NCBI GenBank assembly: GCA_024704765.1
Contig: JAKMXF010000304.1
Coordinates: forward strand, 409,773 to 473,772
Origin: Oopsacas minuta
Lineage: Eukaryota; Animalia; Porifera
Reading direction: 5' to 3'
Length of the DNA stretch: 64,000 bases
In this document: positions 41,538-53,642 of the stretch, one piece after another
Layout: each line of letters opens with the position of its first letter
How positions within the stretch are numbered: the first letter of the stretch is position 1
Program-made: the position numbers and the translations under genes
Notes under the pieces: model-generated
The model's input: only the letters and a program-made list of their open reading frames with translations
Databases searched by the model: none
What the model was told of the DNA's origin: nothing

Positions 41538-42171
41538 GGCAAATTTCGATCAAAGTTCTACCAAAATTTCTTCAGTCGAATTTTGATCGAAAATTTGTCG
41601 AATCTTGATCGAAAAAGAGAAGTTTGATCGAAAAATGAGAGCTTTGATCGAGAACGAGAATTTAAATCAATAGTGAGAACTTTGATAGACAATGGAGAAA
41701 AATGACAAATAATCCAACAATCTGCCATTTTGCAAACTTTTCTATTAATCAGTCCCACAAAACTCCATCCAATCATAAAAATAGCATGAATTCCACACTC
41801 CGTCGTTCAATAGCTGAATAACGAACACAAATATACTCCCAGGGCCATAAGGTAGCGAGCTAAATCCCTAATCCCCTCACATTGCTACTCGTTTCTAGTT
41901 TATAAAATACATAGTGCTAGCACGTCCTAGATTGAAATCTGTCGAGTCCGGTGCATTGTGGCTTTACACGGGGGGTCAGGGGGATTCCCCTGACAAGAAC
42001 AAAATTATATAACCCTGAGCTGCACTACGAGTCTGTCGGCTGGACATTTTTATCGATGGCTCAAGAAAATCAGTATTGGAAATATGAATATTGTTGTGTC
42101 GTAGAGCACGACAAGTTTTCGATTAAAGTTCGTTTGAAGACAGTTTAGTAGAACTTTGATCAAAATTTGCC
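41538..42171. mobile_element. Non-autonomous element with ~65-bp inverted ends and TGATCGAAAA subrepeats
   Basis: ggcaaatttcgatcaaagttctac is mirrored by gtagaactttgatcaaaatttgcc; no target duplication found. Confidence 0.6.
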
Positions 42172-42412
42172 TCTTCATTATTCGATCAAAGTTCGACATA
42201 AGAAAATATGATCAAAGTAAGACAAGACATTCGATCACTATATGCAGATGCAATTCAATTTATATGGTTACTAAATCGAATCTTTTTCCATATTATTATT
42301 GCAGGCCTATTTTCGTTCAATGTTTCTTTATATATGCTTTCTTGTTTAGTAAACTACAGCACCTCCTTTAAAATTTTCTTGGGCGGTGGCTGAGCACCCT
42401 CCTCCACTTCAA

Positions 42413-43318
42413 AACCGCCTCTCCACCAATCTCTCCATCAGTATCTCTCTCTCCTTCCTCCTCTCTACCACAATCCGTTGATTTATTCCTAGGTATTCCT
42501 AACCCCATCTCTAGCTACAACAGTGTCATTGGATGATCTGGCGTCGCAAGTCTCAGCGATATCGTTGACTCTATGCACCCAAATAGCAGACCACGTACTT
42601 CCCCTCGTCAATAGTTAGCTGAGTGTCAAGTCAGTCATACAGAATGGCGAGATGATAACCGCATACTTTGTGAGGAGGTACGACGTCTGTCTTCACAGCC
42701 AGACAGTGTTATCTCTGCGCCGTTTTACAGGACTGCTTTCTCTTTCGTCATTCAAGCCTCCAGTTGAGTTCTCTTCGCCAGTCGATGTCAGTAGTATATG
42801 TCATAAAGAGATTATTTCCCCTCCTAAATGTGGATACGTGGTGATACCCTCAGGGGAAAAGTAGGCTGTTTCTTTTTCATCTTTATATTACTACTACTAT
42901 ACTCTCTCTATTCCTTCATAACCTGAGGTCTCGTTAAGTATCCATTGATTGGGAGGTGGAATATCCTCTTGGTGTTTGCGACAGACATTTTCAACTGATG
43001 TAGTTGAGCAAACTGGAGACGTGAATAGTGGAAGGCACCTGTCAAGCGACCTAGAGATAACAATTCTTCCTGGAGTGGGACAGGTATCTTACAACAAATC
43101 ATAAGCATGCGGTTGCATAGTAACATTCTGCATAACAACTTGACTTCAGTTACTTTGATGGGAGCGGATACTTTTCGAGTGGATATGTCAACGAGCTCCT
43201 GTGGTTGTCCGCCGATCATCCTTCACTGTTGAAGAGGCGGTTAGGAAATTCTGAAAATTATTCTGAGAGGAGCAAGGAGAATGAGAGACAGAGAGAGCTT
43301 TGGGAGAGACAGCGGTAA
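42413..43318. repeat. Degenerate ~900-bp foldback (two ~430-bp inverted arms)
   Basis: Collinear inverted blocks ttcctaacc, caacagtg, ggatgatc, tcgttgac, gtcaagt, cagaatg, aaccgcat, tgttatctct, ctccagtt, tggatac, cctcagg; spacer ~42855-42921. Confidence 0.85.
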
Positions 43319-45083
43319 ATATTTACTTTACATACACTTTATACATATTTCAATATTTTAACTTATTTTCTGCATATATTTGTTATATATTTTGTTTATA
43401 TTGAAATATATTAACGAGGCTTTAGCTTGTCGCTTCGCGATGAACTCGGTGCATTGCGCCTCGAGATATCCATTATTCTCCTAATTTACTGCCCCTTGAG
43501 TATTATAATTTAAATATATATACAACAATGTAATTCATAAATATACGTATATGGCATACATATTTTTGAATTATTTTGTAAGATCAACCCCCTTTATAGC
43601 CGTTGAGAGCAAAAACCTACTTGAATTTTATGATTTGGATAATCTTTTACTTTATATTCGTAAAGACAACAATATATTTACATATGAGAAACTTGAAAAT
43701 GAGACATGGGGATTCAGCTTACTTAGTTACCCCTGAGTAGCTGTTTAGAGTAAGCCTGTACGTATATTTTGAGATTTGGCTAATTTGTTTACATTCTATT
43801 CATAAAAACAACAATAATTTTACATATGAATAATCCCAAAGTGTGAAAATCGGATTCAGCATGTTCGATATATTCAGTGAAGATTTAATCAATTCTATTT
43901 ACTTCCTCGATCAACATGATAAACATAGTTATGCGACAATTTCCAATTTGGATACCGTAAATCCTTTCCTTGACAACGGACAAACTAACATAAAACAAAA
44001 CAGCAATTGAAATTTCATTATATATATTAATGTTCTTTAAATCATACCTATTTGGAAATAATTTTAGTACCTACATCAATAAGCTAATGATTAGGATCGC
44101 TCGTATTTCACCGAGATAATTATTTACAAGGTGTGCTTTAGTCTAAAGTAACTACACGTTATGGGACAGAAGGCTTCACGTGTATCCACATGAATTGTAT
44201 ACATATACTACGACATATAGTCAGGTTTGTGACTCATGTGGTTTTCATGATATGGTGATTCTATATAGCAGACCACTTAGTCTGGTCCGTTGATTATGAT
44301 CATTCTTCAAGGGATATAATTTGTGTCAATAGAAACAATTGAATCCTGAGTAATTAGATATATCAGTGTTTTATAATTGCAAGTGTAAACAATTAATTAC
44401 CCGTTTAGTGTAGCAAATAACAATCATAACTAATATATTTTGTATAATTCTTGCCTCAATACGATTTCAAATTCATCTCTTCACTTATGATAGATAAATC
44501 CTTGATTTATTGGCTAGCATAAACAACTAAAATCTACATGGGGTAAACTCGAAAGCTGCAAAGATAACTTGAAAATAATTGAAATGGTAAAGTCAATTAT
44601 CTAAATATTATTTATCACTCGGTCGCGGTTAATGAAAGTAAAGTACAGATGGTTTAGCATGGTTTGGTGATAAATCTGACCGGAAATTTGATACTTTTAT
44701 GTAGAATTGATGATAGAAATTGCTACTTCAATATCCATGAATATTCTTTGGTCTTATTCTGTTAAATACCGTCATTACATCTTCACAATCTTTTCTGGAA
44801 TTATTATGAAAAATTCTTACAAAAAGGGGATGACATGTATATATATCTGTAAAAATATGTGAGTAAATATAAAAGCAAATATTTGGTCCCTGGGGACGAT
44901 CTCGTAAATCGTGTTTATAGATAATTTTGATGGTTGATGTGTGTAAAACTAGTCTCAAGTAGCATTGCGGCGCCTAATGGGGGCACACTTAGTGAGGTAG
45001 AGACCAATTTTGATAATTGAATGTGACCACATTCCTACATTCCTGACACATTCCTGCGTTGCTAGAGAATTATTTCCCAAATA

Positions 45084-45888
45084 CAGTGAAGTCTCCAAAC
45101 GGACACTCCGAGAAACGGATAAACCTCGTGGGACGGATTGTATTTGCCAAGCATGTAATACTTAAGCAGTCTCCGAGGAGAGGACAACTCTGAATTACGA
45201 ACAACGGATAAGGAACTGGCCCATAATAGCGTTTCTTAATGCAAATTTATCTTCCCAGAACGGACAACCAGAAATGCAACAAATAATTTCAAAGATATCA
45301 CAAAATTTATCAAATAATATGAGTGCTATACAAGTCCCTTCTCATTCAAGTCTTTCAACAATTCTTTCATCTTGTCAAAGTAAACTTTGGGTCCATAAGG
45401 GGCGGTACACACATTTCTAGTCCGTAACCTGTTCGTTTATTTTACTTCTCTCCCGTAACCTCAACAAATCCTTTATTTACTTCTCTTCTCAAAAATTGTG
45501 AAAGTCGAGGATGTTTTGAAGTAGCTATGTGCATTGGCCCCACAATAGATACTGTAGCTAGTCTGTAAGTGTCAACCAGTAGACAAAGTTATCTTTCTGA
45601 CTTATTTGCAAACACAGTATAATATATATAGAGAGAGTATAAAGCAATGCCAATATGCTTACGTTACTGATCAGTCATCACTCTATATTATATTCAATCT
45701 TATCACAGTGCAACTAACTTGTGACTTCTCCCGTAACGATTTAACTTTAATGCATGTAAAACTGCATTTAATATGATACATATTAAGTGTTTTGATAGAA
45801 AGATGGATCAGTCTCCGAGAAGCGGACAATTCTCTACAACGAATAGAGGCCATGTCACCAACGTGTCCGTTATTCGGAGACTCCACTG
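45084..45888. mobile_element. pogo-type MITE (805 bp)
   Basis: TIR cagtgaagtctcc...cggacac / gtgtccgttattcggagactccactg; TA on both sides. Confidence 0.75.
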
Positions 45889-47122
45889 TATATTCGAGTT
45901 ACCACTCGAATTACAGAAATCTTCCACTTATTACGAATATCGACACAAATATTCTTTTCGATTTAAACTGAAATAGTGCGCTTCACTGGGGGCTTGTCTT
46001 CATCGCTCTCTTCATCCGTTAGCTTAATTATACACTAGCAAACTTCTTGGTTCTATTTGTCGCTCCTCGACGGGATATCAACACTACGTACCTAAAACTT
46101 TGTAATGCACTCATTATCTTGTTGAGTGCAGTTTCTGTCATATAAAATGTATTATACTCTTATATAACAACTCATTTTAACATTGCACACCTTGATAAAG
46201 GCCCTGTGGATATTTAAATAATCATAATATCCTATGTACCTGGCTCTATTGCAACGTATTTAGGTATTTTGATTTAATTTAATGTATGGTACTCTCAGCA
46301 ATTTTGAATTATATGTACAATTGCTATAACTAAATACATAATTTTCTTCTGTAGATCTTCGTAATCTGAAAAGTTGTTTATCAGAACTCTTCATCATACA
46401 ACTATATTTCAAAATACTCAAATGAATAGAAGAGTTGGTATATTAACTCTGATAAGTAATACCGAACACTGATTTCAGTTGATATTCGAGTATTGAAATA
46501 TTCGCCAAAATATTATTCGGTTGCAACCTTGTTATGTGCAAATATTCATGAAAATCGAAGTTTAGAACTTGTGCAATCGAAAAATGCCATCTTATGAGAT
46601 ATTTAACTTCGAAACTTAAAATATAGGTGTGCCATATATAATGCTTTCGCTCTGCTGTTCACGCTTTAGAGATAAAGACACCAAATTTAGCATGTACACC
46701 CATAGTGACATCTACTTGTGCATCTGACTTTTGAGAACTTTCTCTATGGTATATTTTCACACCTTTTGACACCTCTGTATTTAGCCCAATCAGATTGTGG
46801 GGTTTAACATTAGGAATAAATGCATGAAATTCCTTGTTATGGAGTGTATGTTTATATTTGCACTGTAATGTATTTATATTGATGTGGACTGCAATTCTAT
46901 TCGTCAATAGATTCTCTTCGATATATATGTATTAACTTATCATATATAATCATATTTCACACCTTTCTTTGGTGAGCATTTCAAAATTATCCAATAGATT
47001 GGTTTCCACTTGTTAAATAAGTGTAAACTTTGACATAAAATTCGAATTTTGGTTTTTTATGTCTAACAAGATTAGTAAAACTCAATCTAGATATGTTTCC
47101 CAAAATAGATATTTAGTAGAAT

Positions 47123-47425
47123 TAGTGGCATAGCCACCCCAGGGAACTGACCGTCGTGCTTGGGCAATCTTTTTTCGCTCCTGGGCAATATTTTTAACTG
47201 CTTTAAGCAAATTAGTTCTACTTATTAATAAATCGTCTTGTTATGTTTCGATACTCCCAATAATTTCCTTATTCATTAATATCATATCAATTTGTATTAT
47301 GGTTTTACTGTTTAAACCCACTCGTATTCTTTCATTGTATTATTCTTATAATGGCATACATTGTATATGTGGTCTAAAATCTTGGTCGTGTGCCCGGCAA
47401 TTACTCAAGGCTGCCTACCCCACTG
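47123..47425. mobile_element. hAT MITE
   Basis: Degenerate TIR tagtggcatagcc / ctgcctaccccactg; 8-bp TSD agtagaat/agtggaat (7/8). Confidence 0.6.
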
Positions 47426-49539
47426 AGTGGAATAATATAGTTTCAATATCCACTGAAATTTATTTGGTGAAATTTAAGTCGGCTCAGACGTTGATTTGAG
47501 ATTATTATATCTTCAAAAATATGTCCAAAAGTGGCACATTTGAGTACTAAATATAGAAGTTTCGTATTCATTTGGGCATGTGATTTTTTTTCACTACAAT
47601 AATACGGAATCAAGAATCATCATAATTGAGTTTTTGCAGTTATTCCCGGGCAAACCCTAATTCAACCTGACAAAATGAAAATTGCACTCAAATTCGAGAA
47701 TATTTGATCACTTGATAATGGTCTCTCCGACAGGAATGTTGAGGGGTGAAACAGTGATACCCACTATTATTCACAGTTAGCATAATTTGGTTGCAGGTGG
47801 TAAAATCTAGATTTTAGTTGGCATATTTATTCATGATTTGTGTAGATGACTATTTTGAAAGGGCTTTTAATGTCTAGCATGTTGCAGAGGTTGTGTCTAC
47901 TGTTCTTAAACTTTAAATGTAGTTTATTTTCGAAATTATTATACATAATTCAAATTCGATTTAGAATATGATTTTGATGAGATTTACAAATATTCTTGGC
48001 AAGAAATCTCATTCTACAATACAATGATTATCGCACAAAGACAGTGTACATATATTAATTTACATCTGCTCCTGAATAACTTAACTTTACTAATTTTGCA
48101 TCGAATGTTTTTCTAAGTGGGTCAAACTATACCAAAGCATCCATACCTCCCAGGTACCATTCAAATTTGTAATTACATAAAATCTCTTCCTTATTGAATT
48201 AGGCAATTCTTTCAGAATATTTAATTATTATCTCGTTACGTTTCCAAATTACACCGCTTCCGAATTTCCCATTATTCCATCATATTTCCCCAATCTTTGA
48301 CCATCAACATTTTGTGTGGTTCATATTTTATATTCATTGATGATGGGACACTAAAGTTAGCATACTATGTATTTGCTGCTCTTGATTTATAAATTTCTCC
48401 TCAAAGTCAGTTAGTATTCATTTACAAACGATGGATGCCTCAAAAGTCAATTTCTAACAAAAAATCGAATTATCCTTTTTTACACAGCGGCATACATATT
48501 TGATTTTAGTTTACTGTCTGTATGCAGTTTGTACTAGGACTCATGTCCCTTTGCAGCGATGTGGTATAGGAGTACCGTTAATCCTCCGATATTACTAGCT
48601 CCCTTCATGGAAAGATGTAGGAGCCCTCCTATCGAGAAAGAGGGTTACCCTGGGGTACATAGTGTGTCTTCATCGATGCATCCATGGTCCGGTGTGCAGT
48701 ACCTGTATTTCGTTACTCCGACTATAAAGAATGTAGGAATATGCATTCATTTTCCATTCTTTTCTTGATACACTTTCCTGAAAATAAATGCTTACATACC
48801 GGTTTCGACATGTTTTGACCCTGCCTACAGCTTGGCTACCTCTATATCTGTCTCCCACACTGAACCGCATCCTTAAGCCTTTTTGTTCTGTAGACGATTG
48901 TTGCTATAGATCGACCTATCTCATTATCCATCAATTCTTCATAGCACAAGGTCACATCCTGTTAGAGTTCACAGAGTACCCGTCATTTGTGAACCTCCAT
49001 GGATGGATTTATGGCCGCCGTAAGGGGGGTTGCATCTGCCGTCCCACATTCAACGGGCTTCATACTTCCCTGGCAGGATCGATTCACGTGTATAACTGAA
49101 CTCGGTTTTCCTACTATTCGTCTGCAGGAAATGGTCGTAAGAAGATCCTGAAAGTAAGAAAAATCTATGGCATATGTATATAATTCCCACGTTCTTTATT
49201 AATTATGGAAACATAGAGAAACACTGAGGAAGGAAAACCGGTTTCGACATTATTTGATATATCTGACAAAATCACCATTTGATTCGGATAGTTTTTCTCT
49301 AAACTGACAAAATAATGATAATTATATAGTTATACTTATATGACCACAAATTTGTTGTGTGGATAGATTCCCGTAAAACGTTATCTACGCTGGTACTTGT
49401 GAACTCCCTATTAAAAATCCTGTGTCTTTCCTCTAACTCCCACTTGTGTACTTACCCTTGATGTTCTTATAGAAACGCGTTTTGAAATTTGGTGTTACCA
49501 TTAATTTTTGTGATAGTATGACTGTTTTTATTTATCTAG

Positions 49540-49760
49540 GAAGGAGTCCAGGAGCCAGCCAGAAAGTCATCCTGCAGCTGGAAGAACAGCTTTGCGAGAA
49601 AGAGCGTCTCATGGCCGATGCTACTCGCACCTGGATGGATCGCTTGAAAATGACTGAGCAAAGGAAATTAGAGGAAATTGACGATTTGAGAAAAGCTGGG
49701 ATTTCTTTAGGTGTTGAGAACACATTACCGAACCTAGTTAATCTTAATGAAGATCCTCAG
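49540..49760 (+). CDS. KIF14: Next supported KIF14-like exon: coiled coil and pre-FHA segment
   Basis: Acceptor tttttatttatctag| in phase 1, matching the 33315 donor. Reads RSPGASQKVILQLEEQLCEKERLMADATRTWMDRLKMTEQRKLEEIDDLRKAGISLGVENTLPNLVNLNEDPQ; LPNLVNLNEDPQ is the kinesin-3 pre-FHA signature. Donor cag|gttata. Confidence 0.87.
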
Positions 49761-51938
49761 GTTATATTTTGAGTTTTTCTGTTGGAGTAGATTTCTTAGC
49801 CCATAGTCTTTTTTGCATAGTGACGAAACAGTAACTTGTGGATTGTTGTTGAGGGGTCCCTTTCGAGGGTTAGCCGATGTAACTGTACAATTGATTTCGA
49901 TATTCCATGAATGACTTTTGCGGTAATATATGTGATCCATACTTGGAGAATTCAAAGAGAACTAATCCCACCCTATTAAAAATATAGTATTGTGTTTTGA
50001 ATGGAGTTTAATGTCAGACATTTCGAAATAATCGCTCTTAGCTTCAATACAGACTTTCAATCATCTAATTCAACAATAAGACGTATTTTAGCGCTCTCCC
50101 TTTAGGATTACTTTCAGGTACTTATCATCGCCCTTCCAAGTGGTACCCGATCTTGAAATTATTTGCAGCAAGAGGTTTCTTTAACAGTGGGAATTCTCTT
50201 AGGTAGACAAACTTGAGCAACAGGACCATAACCATCGATTGCTATTGAGTGCATTACACTCTTGGCCCAAAATCTGGCCGGGTTTTTTGGCCTTGGTTCA
50301 TCCGAATACAACTAACCTTTTTACTTACCGGGTCAGTTAAGTATATCAAGTTTTATCATTAGTGCCAGAAGCTTGTAAGGGCGCTGATGATACAGAATAT
50401 CATAAATTACAGCCATATATATCACAGGAGTATTCATACTAATTACTTAAACTGCAGGAATTGACAAAGCCAATACAGTAACGTTTATATTGATGGAATT
50501 TGACACATTCCTCTGTTGCTATGCAAATGTATTTCAACAGATTCTAGCCAAATCTGAATATTGATGATAGGGCTCTAGATATAAACTATTGTATCCATAA
50601 TATGCGATTTTCCATCCATGAATACTATATAGTTTTGTGGACGGTTAGTAATTATCACTTCATATCTCCGGATTGTCCTTATAATTTAGCTTTCTTCATA
50701 ACTTCATTGCCGTTGGAGTTAAGAAACAAATCATTAATATTCATGAATACTAAGTCTCTTATTGCGGACACATTAATATAAAATGTAGAGCTCTACCGTC
50801 AATATCTTTCAGATAAGGCTACATGATCGTCCAATAAGGACCTTACGCAATCAAATGATCGCAATAAATTTTGAAGCTATTCTAATGCTTGGATATCATA
50901 TTTATTTTTGTCGTTAATGCATTTATAGGGACAGTTACTGTGATAAGCACAATAATATCATTCTGTCAACTATACGAAATCCATACCAACATTGTTATGA
51001 AGGGATATAGGCAGTTGTGAGTCAGTTATTCCAAAAATCTCCCCATGAATACAATCTTCAAGGTATATTACACACAGATTCAATCGTTGCAGGTAAAATA
51101 GAAGATGTGGTATATCAATGTTCATTCAATGAATTTCTCACTTTGATTTGGCATTGTTGTCTCCGCTCGTTTGTCTAATCATTGAAATGTGAATGTAGCT
51201 GACAATTCAGTAGAAAAGAATCTATACTATTAAAACGTGATTAATCTATCTATATGTATGTTATATCCTAGCGTGTTTCGCTTGCTAGGTCGCTAAGCAA
51301 CAGTTTAATGCCTCAGACTAGCTTAAGTATTACACAGCTCAATTTCTTGATACTATTGGTGGCAACTCGAAGTTTTTTGCCGAAATTTTACTTTTTATTA
51401 TCCATAAATGTCCAGGGATTTACTTGGAGCAGGGCTATTGTGTTTTAGGATTAAAAACAAGAAATGATCATAATGAATCGATTCTACGTCCTGGTTCGTC
51501 AGTTCAATAATTTATGTTCTAAACAACTTTGAGGGTGAAATCGAAAACCAAATGAACTTCATCCTGAAGTTTGAGATAGATTTGCTTTTACTGACAATTG
51601 TGTAAAAGAAGGATGACATGATATTATAATCCCGCTCTGAATTTTATTCAAATGTAATTCATTTTCTCTGTCCCAGGAATCTGGAACTACGTCGAAGTGT
51701 TGCGGGTGGGCTTTCCCAACATGAGCAGTAGATCTCCCCAATTTGGCTGATTATACGCATATTGAAGCATTCATCATTTGTGTCTCGGTCTCCTAAAAGA
51801 CGTTTGTCAATTCATTTCCTGCTTTTTCCAAAGCAAGGGGGGCCGATACTAGAGTGAGGCGAGAAAATCACTATTGCTGAGTGAGCCATGGGCCATTGAT
51901 CAAATAAGCGACTATGCATTAACACATCATCCATCACC

Positions 51939-52548
51939 CAGGCCGTAGCCAGAGCGTAGTGTAAAGAGGGGATAAGTAAACTTTAGGGGAGCTTGGATAC
52001 TTAAGATTTTTATATCTATTTTGGGGTAGGCCCATGCCCAAACTCCCAAGCTACTTTGGGGGAAGGTAAAATTACTTAGTTCATAAATATTCAGACAACT
52101 CTGGCGTCCCATAGTTTGCTTAGTAATCGTGTATATTGTGACATTCCAATGAACTACAAATCTAGGTTACTCTCATACATTTAAATAATATCTAAAATAA
52201 ACAGAGTCCTCTATCCTTCTTCCTAGAATGATAATTATAGCCATGAGGAATGAATTCACTATTCGCACATAAATGTAATCAAACTGGAAGGAATGTATGT
52301 TGTGATCATATAAAACCAAAAAATGTAATTTCAATGGTCGCTGTAAAAGCATCCATATAATTCAGGATATTAACTAGCAAGAGGAATCTGATAACTAAAA
52401 TGCATAGTCAATTTGACATATTCACAAATATTTCCTTGATTTAACTACTATCTATGATCTAAGATAATAAAGGTCAATATAGCTTGGCAAAAATTCACGG
52501 GTGGTTAAATTTGCTAGGGGGGCTGAGCACCCCCTAGCCACGGCTCTG
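51939..52548. mobile_element. hAT MITE (610 bp)
   Basis: TIR caggccgtagccag / ctagccacggctctg; 8-bp TSD ccatcacc/ccatctcc (7/8). Confidence 0.75.
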
Positions 52549-53642
52549 CCATCTCCAAATGAGTAATTATCCCTAATTTAATACTGTTGGTTCACAAATA
52601 TTGAATCACGAATCAGCCACTATAAAAAGACGTACAACAATGTTGTTCTCAGCTACTCGCTACTTGGGAACAATTTACATTTACCTGTTTACCACCTTCT
52701 TTTGACCGGGCTTAGGGCACAGTGTAGTTCCGCCATTGATTGTGGCCATATTAATTATATTAACTCAAAGTTAGTAGTCGATATGCTACGTATCTACAAT
52801 TGATGAAACCAAAATAGAATGAGTATTAACAGTCTATAAGGCAATGAATGTTTTACATTCAGAACCTCAGTCGTCACACTCCATATAATCTCTCTGTAAG
52901 AAGAGTATTGAAAACTGTATTGATAACATAAGATCCTATAAAAACCCTGATTACAGCGATTACAGATTGAAATCTTTTGATTTTCTGATTATTACAGTAG
53001 AGTGGGTAGATCTCGTTAATCCGTGCTGGGCCTGGATGTCATGTAGTGAAGCCTCACATACGGCCCTCCAAATAGCGGATAACCTCTGAATAATGAAATA
53101 TAGGCATCTTCACAATTGTGTCACATCAGTTAGAGAGATTGAATCAGAATGTATTGAAAAGGTAAATAAAGGCGGCCATGTAGTATATATTAGCAGAAAT
53201 GATTTGATAATAACTCTAGCGACTATTGAATTACAAGTTGACATTGGCAAAACTTGTGTCACCCATGTTATCAAATATAACTCAATAACGTGACAATTTT
53301 ATAAAACAAAATTTTATTTCATGCATATCTACATCCTTAGATTACTTGATCCTGAAATCAAGGACCCACTTGTTGTCGTTTATCCCAGCTTTATAAATAG
53401 ATAAAAACAAATTGTTTTTTTAACCAAACCGGCGTCATTTCGAACTGGGAATAGTTGGATGACATGCCTGTGGTGATTATGATCAATTAGAGCCAAAAGA
53501 TGCCAATTTGATATTCTCTAGAATATTAAGAGTGTAACTCAAATTTAATAGAAAAGAAGTGATACTTGGTTATATCCAGTGAGATGCCTATAGTTAGAAT
53601 GTCTGTGCTTAATCTCTATTTGCCTAGTTATCTATTTATCTA

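Noticed and set aside
48798-49250. Penelope-type hammerhead cores at gtcgaaaccggt
   Set aside because: No CTGANGA box lies upstream of either copy.
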